Assembly: GCA_050633305.1 (NCBI GenBank)
Contig: JBOEGF010000027.1
Span: forward strand, 159,403 to 223,402
Direction of reading: 5' to 3'
DNA from: Nannocystales bacterium
GTDB lineage: Bacteria; Myxococcota_A; Polyangia; Nannocystales; Nannocystaceae
Length of the DNA stretch: 64,000 bases
Made by a program: the position numbers and the translations under genes. Of the stretch, positions 32,360 to 42,077 are shown in pieces. The first letter of the stretch is position 1. Every line of letters starts with the position of its first letter. The notes beneath the pieces are model-generated. The model saw nothing but the letters and a program-made list of their open reading frames with translations, did no database searches and was not told the DNA's origin.

Positions 32360-32872
32360 TCAGCCTTCGTCAATCTCATCGATCTCGTCGATGAGGCGCT
32401 GCAGGTACCGACGGACCACCAGGTGCCGAGACGCGGCGTCTGTGTCTCCGTCGGCGATGGCGGTGACCGCCGCGGCGAGCGCATCCCCGAGTTGGCCGTC
32501 GATGTCTTCGCGCAAGTCGTCCAGGGCGTCGGCCCCCGCCGAGCGAGCCTCAGCGACGCGCTCGCGATGCTCGATCATCTCGATCAGAAACGCCTGCGGC
32601 ATCTTGGGGGCCCCCACCTCGGGGTCGGAGGAGTCGAGGTCTCGGCCACCGAGCTTCACCAAGTACTCCGCACGCTTCGCGGGGTCCCGAAGCGTCCTGT
32701 ACGCCTCGTTGATCGCGGCGCTGGCCTCCATCGCGGTGCGCTTGGCCGACGAGTCGTCCTGGTTGACCTTGTCCGGATGCGCGTTGGCTGCGCGCGCGAG
32801 GTACTCGGTCTCGAGGGTGTCGCGATCCAGCGCATGCTGGCGCGGCAGCCCCAGCCGTTCGAAATGATCCAT
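32360..32872 (-). CDS. hscB: Co-chaperone HscB
   Basis: J-domain HPD, INEAYRTLRDP..RAEYL. Confidence 0.9.
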   Translation of the reverse strand: MDHFERLGLPRQHALDRDTLETEYLARAANAHPDKVNQDDSSAKRTAMEASAAINEAYRTLRDPAKRAEYLVKLGGRDLDSSDPEVGAPKMPQAFLIEMIEHRERVAEARSAGADALDDLREDIDGQLGDALAAAVTAIADGDTDAASRHLVVRRYLQRLIDEIDEIDEG

Positions 32873-32944
32873 GTTGCAAGACTTCAGCGGGTCGCCCAAA
32901 GACGCCCGCTTTGCAGAGGGTTGCTGCCGATCGGAGCGCCGGCT

Positions 32945-33331
32945 CTAGAACGAGACCGACTCGCCGCAGCCGCAGGAGTCGTCGACGTTGGGGTTTTCGA
33001 AGCGGAAGCCGTGACCGCGGATTCCGGTTTCGAAGTCGAGGCGAGTGCCTTTGACCAGGACCATGCTCTTGGGGTCCACGTACACGCGGACACCGAAGGC
33101 TTCGACCACGTGATCGCTGGATCGCGGCTCACCGTCTTCGAACTGGAACATGTACGAGTACCCGGTACAGCCGCCCCCGCGAATGCCGAAGCGGATTGCG
33201 CCGCCCGGGGTTCCGCGCTTGTCGAGTTGGCCGCGCATGACCTTGGCAGCACGAGCCGTGACCACGACCGTGTTGGCCGCGGGCGCAGGAGCCTCGGTGG
33301 ACGGGGTTGGCGATGCGGGTGCTGCGTTCAC
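32945..33331 (-). CDS. iscA: Fe-S carrier IscA (HesB family)
   Basis: GGGCTGYSY, CGCGESVSF; GTG overlaps the iscU stop. Confidence 0.92.
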   Translation of the reverse strand: MNAAPASPTPSTEAPAPAANTVVVTARAAKVMRGQLDKRGTPGGAIRFGIRGGGCTGYSYMFQFEDGEPRSSDHVVEAFGVRVYVDPKSMVLVKGTRLDFETGIRGHGFRFENPNVDDSCGCGESVSF

Positions 33332-33717
33332 TGCGGCCCGTTCCCGTTCTTCTCTTGGTAGTCCTTGATCGCCGCCTTGATCGCATCTTCGGCGAGCACC
33401 GAGCAGTGAATCTTCACAGGAGGAAGCGCGAGTTCCTCGGCGATCTGGCTGTTCTGAATCGACCCCGCCTCCTCGATGCTCATGCCCTTGACCCACTCGG
33501 TCACGAGCGAGCTGCTTGCGATGGCCGACCCGCAGCCGTAGGTCTTGAACTTTGCGTCCTTGATGACGCCGTCCTCAACCTTGATCTGCAGCTTCATCAC
33601 GTCGCCACAAGCCGGAGCACCCACGATGCCCGTGCCCACGTCGTCGTCGCCCTTGTCGAGGCTGCCCACGTTGCGGGGGTTGTCGTAGTGTTCGATGACC
33701 TTTTCGCTGTACGCCAT
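33328..33717 (-). CDS. iscU: Fe-S scaffold IscU
   Basis: GAPACGDVM, GCGSAIAS, LPPVKIHCS. Confidence 0.96.
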   Translation of the reverse strand: MAYSEKVIEHYDNPRNVGSLDKGDDDVGTGIVGAPACGDVMKLQIKVEDGVIKDAKFKTYGCGSAIASSSLVTEWVKGMSIEEAGSIQNSQIAEELALPPVKIHCSVLAEDAIKAAIKDYQEKNGNGPQ

Positions 33718-33754
33718 GGTGTTGAATCCTTGAGGTTCGAGAGTGGGACGGAGC

Positions 33755-34975
33755 CTAGTGGTGTGCCCACTGGATAGAGTCGAGGTCGATGCCTTCCTGC
33801 ACCATCTCCCACAGGGGAGACATCTCGCGCAGTCGGCTGACGTGTGTGCGAAGCAGCCCGACGACGAAGTCGATCTCGGCTTTCGTCGTCATGCGGCCGA
33901 TCGTCATGCGGAGGCTGGAGTGCGCAAGCTCGTCGTTGAGGCCCATCGCCCGCAACACGTAGCTGGGCTCGAGGCTTGCCGAGGTGCATGCCGAACCCGA
34001 CGACAGCGCAACATCCTTGAGCGCCATCAGCAGCGACTCGCCTTCGATGTAGGCGAAGCTCAGGTTGAGGTGGCCGGGGAGCATGTGCTCGGGGTGGCCG
34101 TTGAGGATCACGTGCTCGATCGAACCGGTAAGCTCGGACTTCATGTAGTCCCGAAGCTCGCCGATGCGCTTCATGTCGTCGGCCATGTCCTCGCGGGCGA
34201 TGCGGGCGGCTTCCCCGAATCCTGCGATGTTCGGCACGGCCAAGGTGCCCGAGCGGTTGCCGCGTTCGTGGCCACCACCGTGGATCTGCGCGGCGAGACG
34301 GACGCGAGGCTTGCGGCGCCGAACGTAGAGCGCGCCCACGCCCTTGGGGCCGTAGATCTTGTGGGCCGAGATCGACATGAGGTCGATGCTCATCGCCTCG
34401 ACGTCGATGGGAAGCTTGCCAAACGTCTGCGTGGCATCGGTGTGGAACAACACCTTGTGCTCCCGACAGACCTTGCCGATCTCGGCGAGGGGCATGACCA
34501 CGCCCGTCTCGTTGTTGCCGTGCATGACCGAGACCAGGACGGTCTTCTCGGTGATCGCATCGGCGACCTGCTGCGGGGTGACAAGCCCGCCCTTGTCGAC
34601 CTCGAGGTACGTGACGTCCACGCCCCGTCGCTCCAGGAACTTGCAGGTGTCGAGCACGGCCTTGTGCTCGGTGTTCACCGTGATGATGTGGTTGCCCTTC
34701 TCGGCCAGGTACTCGGCCACGCCCTTGATGGCGAGGTTGTTGGACTCGGTCGCGCCGCTGGTCCACGTGACCTCTTTGGGGTCCGCACCGATCGTCTTGG
34801 CGATCTCTTCACGGGCGTTCTCGACGGCTTCTTCCGCTTCCCAGCCGAACGCGTGTGTCCGGCTGGCCGAGTTGCCGTACGCCTTGGTGAAGAACGGCAA
34901 CATCTTGTCGAGCACACGCTGGTCGACGGGACAGGTGGCGGCGTAGTCGAAGTAGACGGGGGTCTGGACGCTCAT
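33755..34975 (-). CDS. iscS: Cysteine desulfurase IscS
   Basis: [26 protein letters not shown]-terminal WAHH. Confidence 0.96.
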   Translation of the reverse strand: MSVQTPVYFDYAATCPVDQRVLDKMLPFFTKAYGNSASRTHAFGWEAEEAVENAREEIAKTIGADPKEVTWTSGATESNNLAIKGVAEYLAEKGNHIITVNTEHKAVLDTCKFLERRGVDVTYLEVDKGGLVTPQQVADAITEKTVLVSVMHGNNETGVVMPLAEIGKVCREHKVLFHTDATQTFGKLPIDVEAMSIDLMSISAHKIYGPKGVGALYVRRRKPRVRLAAQIHGGGHERGNRSGTLAVPNIAGFGEAARIAREDMADDMKRIGELRDYMKSELTGSIEHVILNGHPEHMLPGHLNLSFAYIEGESLLMALKDVALSSGSACTSASLEPSYVLRAMGLNDELAHSSLRMTIGRMTTKAEIDFVVGLLRTHVSRLREMSPLWEMVQEGIDLDSIQWAHH

Positions 34976-34982
34976 GGTGCGC

Positions 34983-35531
34983 TTACGGGGTGCTTGGATC
35001 CTGGAAGGATCGGATCTGGACGACGGCCGAGGTGCTCCGGCCCGTCGTAGGGGAATGAATGCCCGCGACCAGCGACGGTGCTTCGGTATCCGAGTGCACG
35101 CCGTCGCACGAGACACATCCATCGACGAGATGCTCGTGGCTGCACGCCCGGCATCCCTCGAGGTAGGCAAGGCTCTCGGAGAGGTCTCGCTCGAGCTGAA
35201 GAAGCTTCTCGACCTGGGCCCGGGTATCGGCGAGCCGGCCGCGGAAGTTCTCCCGGAGGCTCTGCATGGCATCGGGGCCGGACGAGGAGCTTTCCACCGT
35301 CTCGAGCAGGCCCTGAATCTGAGGCAACGAGAAACCGAGCGCCTGGAGCTTGGCGATCCAGTAAACGCGGGCGACCTCGTCGGCCCCGTAGAGGCGGTAG
35401 TTCCCCTCCGAGCGCTTCGGCTGGAGCAAGCCCATCTCTTCGTACAACCGCAGCGCACGGACGGTCTTGCCGGTCATCCGGGCAAGCTCGCCGACTTTCA
35501 TGCGATGCGAGATGTGTGCAGAGGTGGTCAT
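34983..35531 (-). CDS. MerR-family transcriptional regulator with CxxC-x8-CxxC tail
   Basis: [38 protein letters not shown]; coiled coil; [16 protein letters not shown]. Confidence 0.9.
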   Translation of the reverse strand: MTTSAHISHRMKVGELARMTGKTVRALRLYEEMGLLQPKRSEGNYRLYGADEVARVYWIAKLQALGFSLPQIQGLLETVESSSSGPDAMQSLRENFRGRLADTRAQVEKLLQLERDLSESLAYLEGCRACSHEHLVDGCVSCDGVHSDTEAPSLVAGIHSPTTGRSTSAVVQIRSFQDPSTP

Positions 35532-35570
35532 AGACTCTAACCCTTCCGTACGGGCCGGGTTGGCGGCGGG

Positions 35571-35599
35571 AGTCTGTAGGTACGCCAGGAGTCTGTCAA
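35571..35599 (-). promoter_or_regulatory. Putative sigma70 promoter of the merR-isc operon
   Basis: TTGACA-17 nt-CAGACT on the minus strand. Confidence 0.6.
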
Positions 35600-35619
35600 C
35601 CCCGCCCTCAGCCTCCAAA

Positions 35620-35641
35620 ACCCTACCCCTTACGGAAGGGT
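35620..35641. promoter_or_regulatory. MerR-type operator-like palindrome
   Basis: ACCCTACC-ccttac-GGAAGGGT, 7 of 8 arm positions complementary; related site at 35539-35561. Confidence 0.5.
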
Positions 35642-35683
35642 CAGGCAACCCGGCCCGCAAGCATCAGCGCGCTTGGCGCAGAA

Positions 35684-35720
35684 CGAGAAAACGCCGCCCA
35701 CGGGGACCCGGGGCGGCGTC
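35684..35720 (-). terminator. Rho-independent terminator
   Basis: ACGCCGCCC/GGGCGGCGT stem followed by TTTCTC on the minus strand, just after the stop at 35741. Confidence 0.7.
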
Positions 35721-35740
35721 GAAGCTGACGAGCGGAGCGC

Positions 35741-38053
35741 TCAGCCCTTCTTTTTCTTTTTCCCTTTCTTCTTCTTGCCCTTCTTCTTCTTGCCCTTCTT
35801 CTTCTTGCCCTTCTTCTTCTTGTCGGCATCATCGTCGACCGACGGCTTGGGCACGGGCGGCTTCTTGGGCTCTACGACAGGGCCGTCTTTCTTCTCGTCG
35901 GCTTTCTTCTCGTCAGCCTTCTTCCCGTCGGCTTTCTTTTCGTCAGCCTTCTTCTCGTCGGCCTTCTTCTCATCGGCCTTCTTCTCATCGGCCTTCTTCT
36001 CATCGGCCTTCTTCTCGTCGTCCGGCTCGACCGGCGTGTGCTCGGGTACGACAGGCTTGTGCTCCGGGATGATCTCCGGCTCGGGGTCCGACGGGTTCAC
36101 GCCCAGGTCCTGCGCCAGGGTCTCGTTGCCTAGGCCAGACACGGCGGCGTAGCCGATCGCACCCGCCACCGCCATCGCACCGACCCCACTGCCGACCAGG
36201 CTGCCGGGTCCCTCGCTGCCCGCCCGCGTGTGATACGCGAACGCCATCGCGGAACTCTCGTACTTGGTCGCCAAGGGCGCGAACGCTTCGGCGGGCGCTG
36301 TCCCCTCGGTGACCCGGTGCGCGGCGTCGAGCGCGGCGCGTCCCTCGTCCGTCGCGCGGTTTCCGATCCCTTGGATCGCGAGGTGAGCAACCGGCAGTGC
36401 GCTCCCGGCGGGCTTCTCGACCCACATCGAGCTGCTCGAGACCGGCGCCGTCAGGGCCAGACCCGCGATCACAGTCTCGGCATCAACGTCGGGGACGTTC
36501 TTGAGTGCCGCACGAAGGAGCTTGTGCAGGTGCTCGCCCTGCATGAAGTCCGCGGGGAGGTGCATCGCGAAAGCGACCTCCTCGCGCTTGAACCCTTCGG
36601 CCAGCGGTGCGGGCAGAGAGGCGAGCGTGTCGGCGCTGATTCCATCACCCGAGCCGTCGAGCAGCTTGCCCACGTTGGCGGTGTTGGGCCCGACCGCAAC
36701 GGTCAGTGCGTTGTTCGCCGCGAACGCCCAGCCGTCGAAATGTAGGCCCGCAAACGCCTTCACGATGTCGGCCTCGGGAATCCCGGTGAGCTCTACGTGG
36801 AGCGCATCCGCCATCGTCGTGCCGTGATTCACGGGCACCTTTTCGATCTTCAGCTCGCTCCCCTCGAGCTCTGGAATTGCCTTTGGAGCCTCTTTCGAGG
36901 CCTCGAGGGCAAGTTCCCATGCTTTGGAGAACGGCGCGACGTCCCGGATGCCGGCTTGCAGCACCAAGCCACCGGGGTCCACCGAGCCGGCGACCATGAA
37001 CTCACCGGTCATGGTCTCGAACATCTTGGCCACCTCGGGCGGAGCATCGCCGGCCGCTGCCGCCATCCCCACCCCCACCAGCGCAGAGTTGGCGCGACCC
37101 CACGCGAACCCAGCGCCAGGTTGCACGTTGGCCAAGGTGTGGGTCTCGCCCCCTTCGAGCGCTGCGAGCCCTTGCTCGACGTCCCTGTCGACCGGGAACA
37201 CGCCTGCGAGGTGGACGAGGCCGGGCAAGGTCGTCACCGCGAAGATCGCATCCTCGCTCGGCATGTGGACCAGCACGTTGGCATCGTCGAGCGCGACGGC
37301 TGCCAGCTTGTCTTGCAGCGCTTTTCGTACCGCACTCGGGTCCTCCGCCGGTTTGTAGGCGTCGAGCGTGGCCTGATCGTCGGCGCAGACGCTCCAACCC
37401 TCGTGGCCAGCGAGCGAGCCGCACGCCATGTCGTCGGCGTCGTCCTCTCCTAGGGCTTTCGCGAGATTCGCGACCGCGTTCGGATCGTCGGCCGCGAACA
37501 CCATGACGGGGTCCTTGTTGACGTTGATGATCGCCGCGCCATCTTTGAGGCGAAGGCCCGACGCACCCAGCGCCTCGATGACCTTCTTGCCCTTGGTGTC
37601 CATGACCTCATAGGCCTCGTTCACTTCCCGAAGGTCTGAGGAGGTCTCGGGGGACGCGGCCAGCTTCTTGAGCGGCGCGTCCACGAAACGCATCCCTTCC
37701 TCGTAGTAGTCGGCGAGGACCGAGGCGTCCCGGATGATGGCGAACTCGGCGTCGGCGTCGGGGACGAAGGAGAGCATCAGGTCGAGGCCCGTGTGCATCG
37801 GCTCGACGGGAATCGGCTCCGGCGGTGCGACCTTCGGCTCCTCATCGTCCTTCTTGGCCTCGGCTTCTTTGGACTCGTCCTTCGATTCCTCGCTGGGCTT
37901 GTCCTTGCCGGCATCTTTGTCCTCCTCGCCGCCAACCTTCGCGGCGATTTCCTCGGCCTTGTCGCACCCTCCGAGCGTGACGGAACTCGACAGGAACGCG
38001 ACGGCGAGCGGAATGGCCACGGTCGGTCGGTGGGGCGGTCTCCAAGATCGCAT
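35741..38053 (-). CDS. Large lipoprotein with EKKAD and KKKKG repeat tail
   Basis: Lipobox LGGC; 770 aa; low-complexity C-terminus. Confidence 0.8.
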   Translation of the reverse strand: MRSWRPPHRPTVAIPLAVAFLSSSVTLGGCDKAEEIAAKVGGEEDKDAGKDKPSEESKDESKEAEAKKDDEEPKVAPPEPIPVEPMHTGLDLMLSFVPDADAEFAIIRDASVLADYYEEGMRFVDAPLKKLAASPETSSDLREVNEAYEVMDTKGKKVIEALGASGLRLKDGAAIINVNKDPVMVFAADDPNAVANLAKALGEDDADDMACGSLAGHEGWSVCADDQATLDAYKPAEDPSAVRKALQDKLAAVALDDANVLVHMPSEDAIFAVTTLPGLVHLAGVFPVDRDVEQGLAALEGGETHTLANVQPGAGFAWGRANSALVGVGMAAAAGDAPPEVAKMFETMTGEFMVAGSVDPGGLVLQAGIRDVAPFSKAWELALEASKEAPKAIPELEGSELKIEKVPVNHGTTMADALHVELTGIPEADIVKAFAGLHFDGWAFAANNALTVAVGPNTANVGKLLDGSGDGISADTLASLPAPLAEGFKREEVAFAMHLPADFMQGEHLHKLLRAALKNVPDVDAETVIAGLALTAPVSSSSMWVEKPAGSALPVAHLAIQGIGNRATDEGRAALDAAHRVTEGTAPAEAFAPLATKYESSAMAFAYHTRAGSEGPGSLVGSGVGAMAVAGAIGYAAVSGLGNETLAQDLGVNPSDPEPEIIPEHKPVVPEHTPVEPDDEKKADEKKADEKKADEKKADEKKADEKKADGKKADEKKADEKKDGPVVEPKKPPVPKPSVDDDADKKKKGKKKKGKKKKGKKKKGKKKKKG
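35745..36018 (-). repeat. Two 15-bp coding tandem repeat arrays (KKKKG and EKKAD)
   Basis: Repeated cccttcttcttcttg and tcggccttcttctc(a/g) units on the plus strand. Confidence 0.85.
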
Positions 38054-38180
38054 GGGCGGAGCATACCGACCGCGGGACCGTCCTGTTCCGCACCAAACCA
38101 GCTGTAGGGCCGGAGATCTGCGCGCAGGGGGCCGTAGGTTGTGAGAGCTGCCCGCGCCGGGGTACCGTCATGTTCGGGTC

Positions 38181-38651
38181 ATGAGTTTTTCGGAGAAAAT
38201 GCGCGAGAGTCTGGGTGCGACGGGTGTACGGCTGCGGGTTACACCGTCGTCGGATCCGCTGACTCCCGGCGCGATGCTGACCGCACGGGTGGAACTCGAA
38301 GGAGGCACCTCGGCTGCCCATGTGGAGGCACTCGTGCTGCGGCTCATCGAGGCCGACCGACACTGGACCGCGGACGACGGCGGTCGATTCGAGGAGTCGG
38401 AGGCGGCGACGCTCGAGAACCGCGACCAGCTCACCGCTGCGTGGGATCGGCGCGCAGTCGCCGAGACCCGCATGTCTCTCGATGCTGACGTCGAGGCCTC
38501 GAGCGCCACGAGTGTGGAGATAGAGTTGTCGATTCCGCACGACTGCAAGCCCACGTCGACCAGCTGTGCGCACACGCTCAACGTTCAGGCCGACATTCGG
38601 GGGCAGATCGACCCCACGGCCAACGCGCGCGTCGTGCTCGCCAGCGGTTGA
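38181..38651 (+). CDS. Spo0M/arrestin-N-like protein
   Basis: MSFSEKMRESLGATG...PG..L.ARVELEGG resembles the Spo0M N-terminus. Confidence 0.55.
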   Translation: MSFSEKMRESLGATGVRLRVTPSSDPLTPGAMLTARVELEGGTSAAHVEALVLRLIEADRHWTADDGGRFEESEAATLENRDQLTAAWDRRAVAETRMSLDADVEASSATSVEIELSIPHDCKPTSTSCAHTLNVQADIRGQIDPTANARVVLASG

Positions 38652-38733
38652 ACGCAGAACGGGCCTCCCTCCAGGGTCCGAATGCGGGACCGATACTGGC
38701 GGATCAGGGCACGCCCCCGGTACGATGTCTCTC

Positions 38734-40086
38734 ATGGATCGGGTCGGGTCACTCAAGCGCGCCGCACCACTGTGCGCTGCGGCGCTCACACTCCTCGCGG
38801 CCACAGACGCCGCGGCCGAACGGGTGGTGTTCATCAACCTCGACCCCGTCACGCTCAACAGCGACGGGGGCCAGGATCCAACCGTCGACTCGTATACCAG
38901 CAACGGCTTCACCGCTGGCGCCGTCTCGGGGATGGCGCTGACCGCCGAGCAGCAGGAGCTGCTTCACTTCTATCTCAAGGAAGCGACGACTCCGTTCGAC
39001 GTCGAATACGTCTTCGAGCGGCCCGCCGTCGCGGGCTACGACATGGTGGTCTTCGGCTCGGAGGCCGATGCAAACGGGCGCTTCGCGGACAGCGACTGCC
39101 CACCGGCCATCGGATTGGGAGACTGCGGCGACGGCAGCGCGCAGAACATCTCGTTCGTCTTCCAAGGATGCCTGCCGGTCGCTCAGCAGACCGACATGCG
39201 GCGCATCGCCTACTACTCGCTGACCGGCCTCGGCTTCGGCTGGGGGCTGGAGAACGAGTCGACGGTGGGCCAGCTCATGGGCTCGTACAGTGTGTTCGGG
39301 CTTCAGTTCGGCAGCGAGTGTGTCGGCATCGTCGGGGGGACCTGCCCTGCCCATCCCGGCTGCCCCGCAGGCGAGCAGAACGCCACCGCAGACCTCACCG
39401 CCGTCGTCGGCGTGCGCGTCGATGACGGGCCTCCCTCGGTCACGATCACCGCGCCTGCGAACGGCGCGACGGTCGACCCCACGTTCTCGATCAGCGCGGA
39501 CGTGCTGGACGGCTTCGGAGGCCTGGACGTATCGCTGTCCGCCGACATCGACGGCACGCCGATCTCGGAAGATGCTGTTGAGCCGCCGTACGAATGGAAC
39601 TTCAATGGCGTGCCCGCGGGCACCTGGACGTTCGACGTGAACGCCACCGATGCCGACGGAGCCATGGTCACCGCGTCGGTCACCGTCACCGTCGAAGGTG
39701 CCGCGACCACCGGAGCCGATACGACCGGTGGCGATGACACGACCGGTGGTGATCCAACGCTCGACCCGACCGACGCCACGGTCGACCCCTCCACCTCGGG
39801 CGACCCGAGCGCAGGCACGGCCGATGGCACGGACACCGCCGACTCGTCCGAGACCGAGGACACGGCCACCAGCGCGCCTATCGACCCCACGATGCCTGTC
39901 GATCCGGCTGCGTTCGGCGTCGGTGGGACAGGATGCGAATGCCGCAGCGCTCCGGGCCGCGGCCGCTGGGGTGGCGTGGGCGCGCTCGCGTTGCTCGTGC
40001 TTGGCGTTACCGCCTCACGCCGGCGCGGACGAACGTCCACACGCCCATCCCGGACATCGAGCCACCGCGGCCGAACGTCCCGGTGA
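38734..40086 (+). CDS. Secreted Ig-like domain protein with MYXO-CTERM sorting signal
   Basis: Signal peptide; PPSVTITAPANGA; Thr/Asp linker; GCECR...ALALLVLGV..RRR. Confidence 0.82.
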   Translation: MDRVGSLKRAAPLCAAALTLLAATDAAAERVVFINLDPVTLNSDGGQDPTVDSYTSNGFTAGAVSGMALTAEQQELLHFYLKEATTPFDVEYVFERPAVAGYDMVVFGSEADANGRFADSDCPPAIGLGDCGDGSAQNISFVFQGCLPVAQQTDMRRIAYYSLTGLGFGWGLENESTVGQLMGSYSVFGLQFGSECVGIVGGTCPAHPGCPAGEQNATADLTAVVGVRVDDGPPSVTITAPANGATVDPTFSISADVLDGFGGLDVSLSADIDGTPISEDAVEPPYEWNFNGVPAGTWTFDVNATDADGAMVTASVTVTVEGAATTGADTTGGDDTTGGDPTLDPTDATVDPSTSGDPSAGTADGTDTADSSETEDTATSAPIDPTMPVDPAAFGVGGTGCECRSAPGRGRWGGVGALALLVLGVTASRRRGRTSTRPSRTSSHRGRTSR

Positions 40087-40498
40087 TCGTTGTGTCCTCG
40101 CGGTTGATCAGCAACCAGCCGCTGCCGACCGCACCACGGCCATCCTGCCACGTGAACGAGCACACGTTGGACGGCGCAGTCTCGCCCTCGCCCATCTCGG
40201 CTCGTGATTGCGTGAGCGAGAGGATGTATCGCTCGGGGCGCTTCCGGCCGCGGAAGTTCGCGTAGTAGCGCCCCTGTCCGAGTTGATCGATCCGAAGCTG
40301 CCCGGCGATTCCATCGACTTCGCCACGCCACGCTCCGGCGAAGTCGCTGGGCTTCTCGTACGCCTCGGGCGGAGGATGGGGCGGCTCGGACCCTGCATGG
40401 TCGCACCCCTCCGCCGCTGCCCAGCAGCCGGCAAGCCCGAGCAGACGCAGTCCGAAGCGTCGTCGTCCTTCGAGGGGTGCCAAAGCGGGGCGCACCAT
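40007..40498 (-). CDS. Hypothetical probable lipoprotein
   Basis: Hydrophobic stretch then GC; DFAGAWRGE beta-rich domain; start uncertain. Confidence 0.55.
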   Translation of the reverse strand: MVRPALAPLEGRRRFGLRLLGLAGCWAAAEGCDHAGSEPPHPPPEAYEKPSDFAGAWRGEVDGIAGQLRIDQLGQGRYYANFRGRKRPERYILSLTQSRAEMGEGETAPSNVCSFTWQDGRGAVGSGWLLINREDTTITGTFGRGGSMSGMGVWTFVRAGVRR

Positions 40499-40622
40499 AC
40501 ACAAAGAGAGACGTTGGTGCGCTGCCATCCATGCGATCGCAGTACGTCAACGTGACGAAAACGACGCTGCGTGCCTGCGGCGCTTTCACCCTGCCGTTCC
40601 ACCGTCTACACTCCGCCCGCCC

Positions 40623-41372
40623 ATGCCCCGTCGCCTCCACGCGCCAGGCTGCTTGTTCGCCGTGCTCAGCCTTGCCACGCCCCACGTGGTCCACGCCGAG
40701 CCTGTGTCGACGGATCCCGTCGCGGCGCCGACCGAACCCTCCCTCGACAAACCTGTCGACGAACCGCTCGACGAACCGGCAGAAGAGCCTGCGGACGATG
40801 CGCCGGCCGCCGCCTCCGACACGGCGCCGGCGGAGACCAATCCCGACGCCGACCGCGCCGAGCCCGAGCCCGAGCCCGAGCCCGAACCCGACGCCGAACC
40901 CGAGCCCGCCGATGACGCCGAGCCCGAGCCTGCCGACGACGTCGAGCTCGAAGGCCCGGAGCAAGATTCGGAGGTCGACGACGCGGTCGCTCCGAGTTCT
41001 TCGCTGCCGGACCGCCTCCCGCGACTCCAGCGGATCGGCTGGTACCACGTCCTCGGCGCGTTCACGCTCGGCACGACCGCGGGCGTGCTCGCCGGCCTCG
41101 CCGAGCGGGAAGAGGACAAGGCAACGCGAATCGCATCCGGATACGACGGGGAAACCGGCGCTTCGCTGCTCTACGCCGACCGCCAAGAGACCTACGAACG
41201 TCGCTTGGACCGCGGGCAGGCGTTCGAGACGAGTGCAATCGTCATCGGGGCAGCCGCTGGGGTCACCGCGATCGTCGCGATCACGCTGTTTGCGGTCGAC
41301 GCGAAGCGACGTCCCTCGACGACAGCCCGTCGCACTCGAATCGGTCCAGGGTCGCTGGAGGTTTCGTTCTGA
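40623..41372 (+). CDS. Hypothetical protein with EP repeats and two TM segments
   Basis: Signal peptide, (EP)n tract, TMs, terminal Phe. Confidence 0.7.
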   Translation: MPRRLHAPGCLFAVLSLATPHVVHAEPVSTDPVAAPTEPSLDKPVDEPLDEPAEEPADDAPAAASDTAPAETNPDADRAEPEPEPEPEPDAEPEPADDAEPEPADDVELEGPEQDSEVDDAVAPSSSLPDRLPRLQRIGWYHVLGAFTLGTTAGVLAGLAEREEDKATRIASGYDGETGASLLYADRQETYERRLDRGQAFETSAIVIGAAAGVTAIVAITLFAVDAKRRPSTTARRTRIGPGSLEVSF

Positions 41373-41782
41373 TGGGCACCACACTTCGCCTCGTTGCCGT
41401 CGGGGTCTTGGCCGCGGCATGGGGCTGCTTCAGCGCCCCCTCGGCCGACGTCCTGTTCGCCTGCGACCCGGCCAACGCGCCCGAATGCCCGCCGGAGTAC
41501 AGCTGCGAGGCCGATGGCTGCTGCCATCGAAACGGTTCGGATGTCGACGCCTCCCGGGGCGCGTGCAACTCCGCCGGAACCTCGGGGTTCGACCCGAACG
41601 CCACCGACGCTGGAACCGACACGGATCTGGGAACCGACACGGATCCCGACACAGATCCGGGGACCGACACAGATCCGGGGACCGACACGGGCACCGGCAC
41701 TGGCGGCGCTGAGGCGTCGACCGCTGCACCCGACACCGACGCGACCGCTTCTTCGAGTGGTAGCGCGACCTCCGGTCGCTAA
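41372..41782 (+). CDS. Small Cys-rich lipoprotein with GTDTDP repeats
   Basis: Lipobox AWGC; CPPEYSCEADGCC; 18-bp repeats; TGATG overlap with the upstream gene. Confidence 0.7.
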   Translation: MGTTLRLVAVGVLAAAWGCFSAPSADVLFACDPANAPECPPEYSCEADGCCHRNGSDVDASRGACNSAGTSGFDPNATDAGTDTDLGTDTDPDTDPGTDTDPGTDTGTGTGGAEASTAAPDTDATASSSGSATSGR

Positions 41783-42077
41783 CCAGCGAGCCCCGTCGCG
41801 AACTCGGATCACGCCCGCGGTACGGCGGCGGCTCCGCCCCTTTGCGTTGCACCCCGGCCCCAGCTCCCCAATCGCGGCGTTGGAGATCGGCCGGTTGTTG
41901 ACCGTGGCTCCGCGAGCCCGGAGTCGCGAGATGGCCCGCCCGGTGGGCTTCAACTTCGTGTGAGACATCCCCGCGGGCCTCGCGAGCCCGCCGTAGCCCC
42001 CGTGGGGGGGTCGCTGCGTTCGCGCCCATCGCGGCCTTGCCGCCCGGCTCCGCGGTGCGCTAAAGAAGCCGCGAACC

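Noticed and set aside
33755..35458. 567-aa extended IscS in the ORF track
   Set aside because: The extension is an alternative frame over merR; IscS homology begins at ATG 34975
35745..36018. Tandem repeats as a CRISPR array
   Set aside because: 15-bp in-frame coding repeats with no spacers and no cas genes
40007..40086. 80-bp convergent overlap of two genes
   Set aside because: Short 3' overlaps are common in GC-rich genomes; the extra tail after MYXO-CTERM looks incidental
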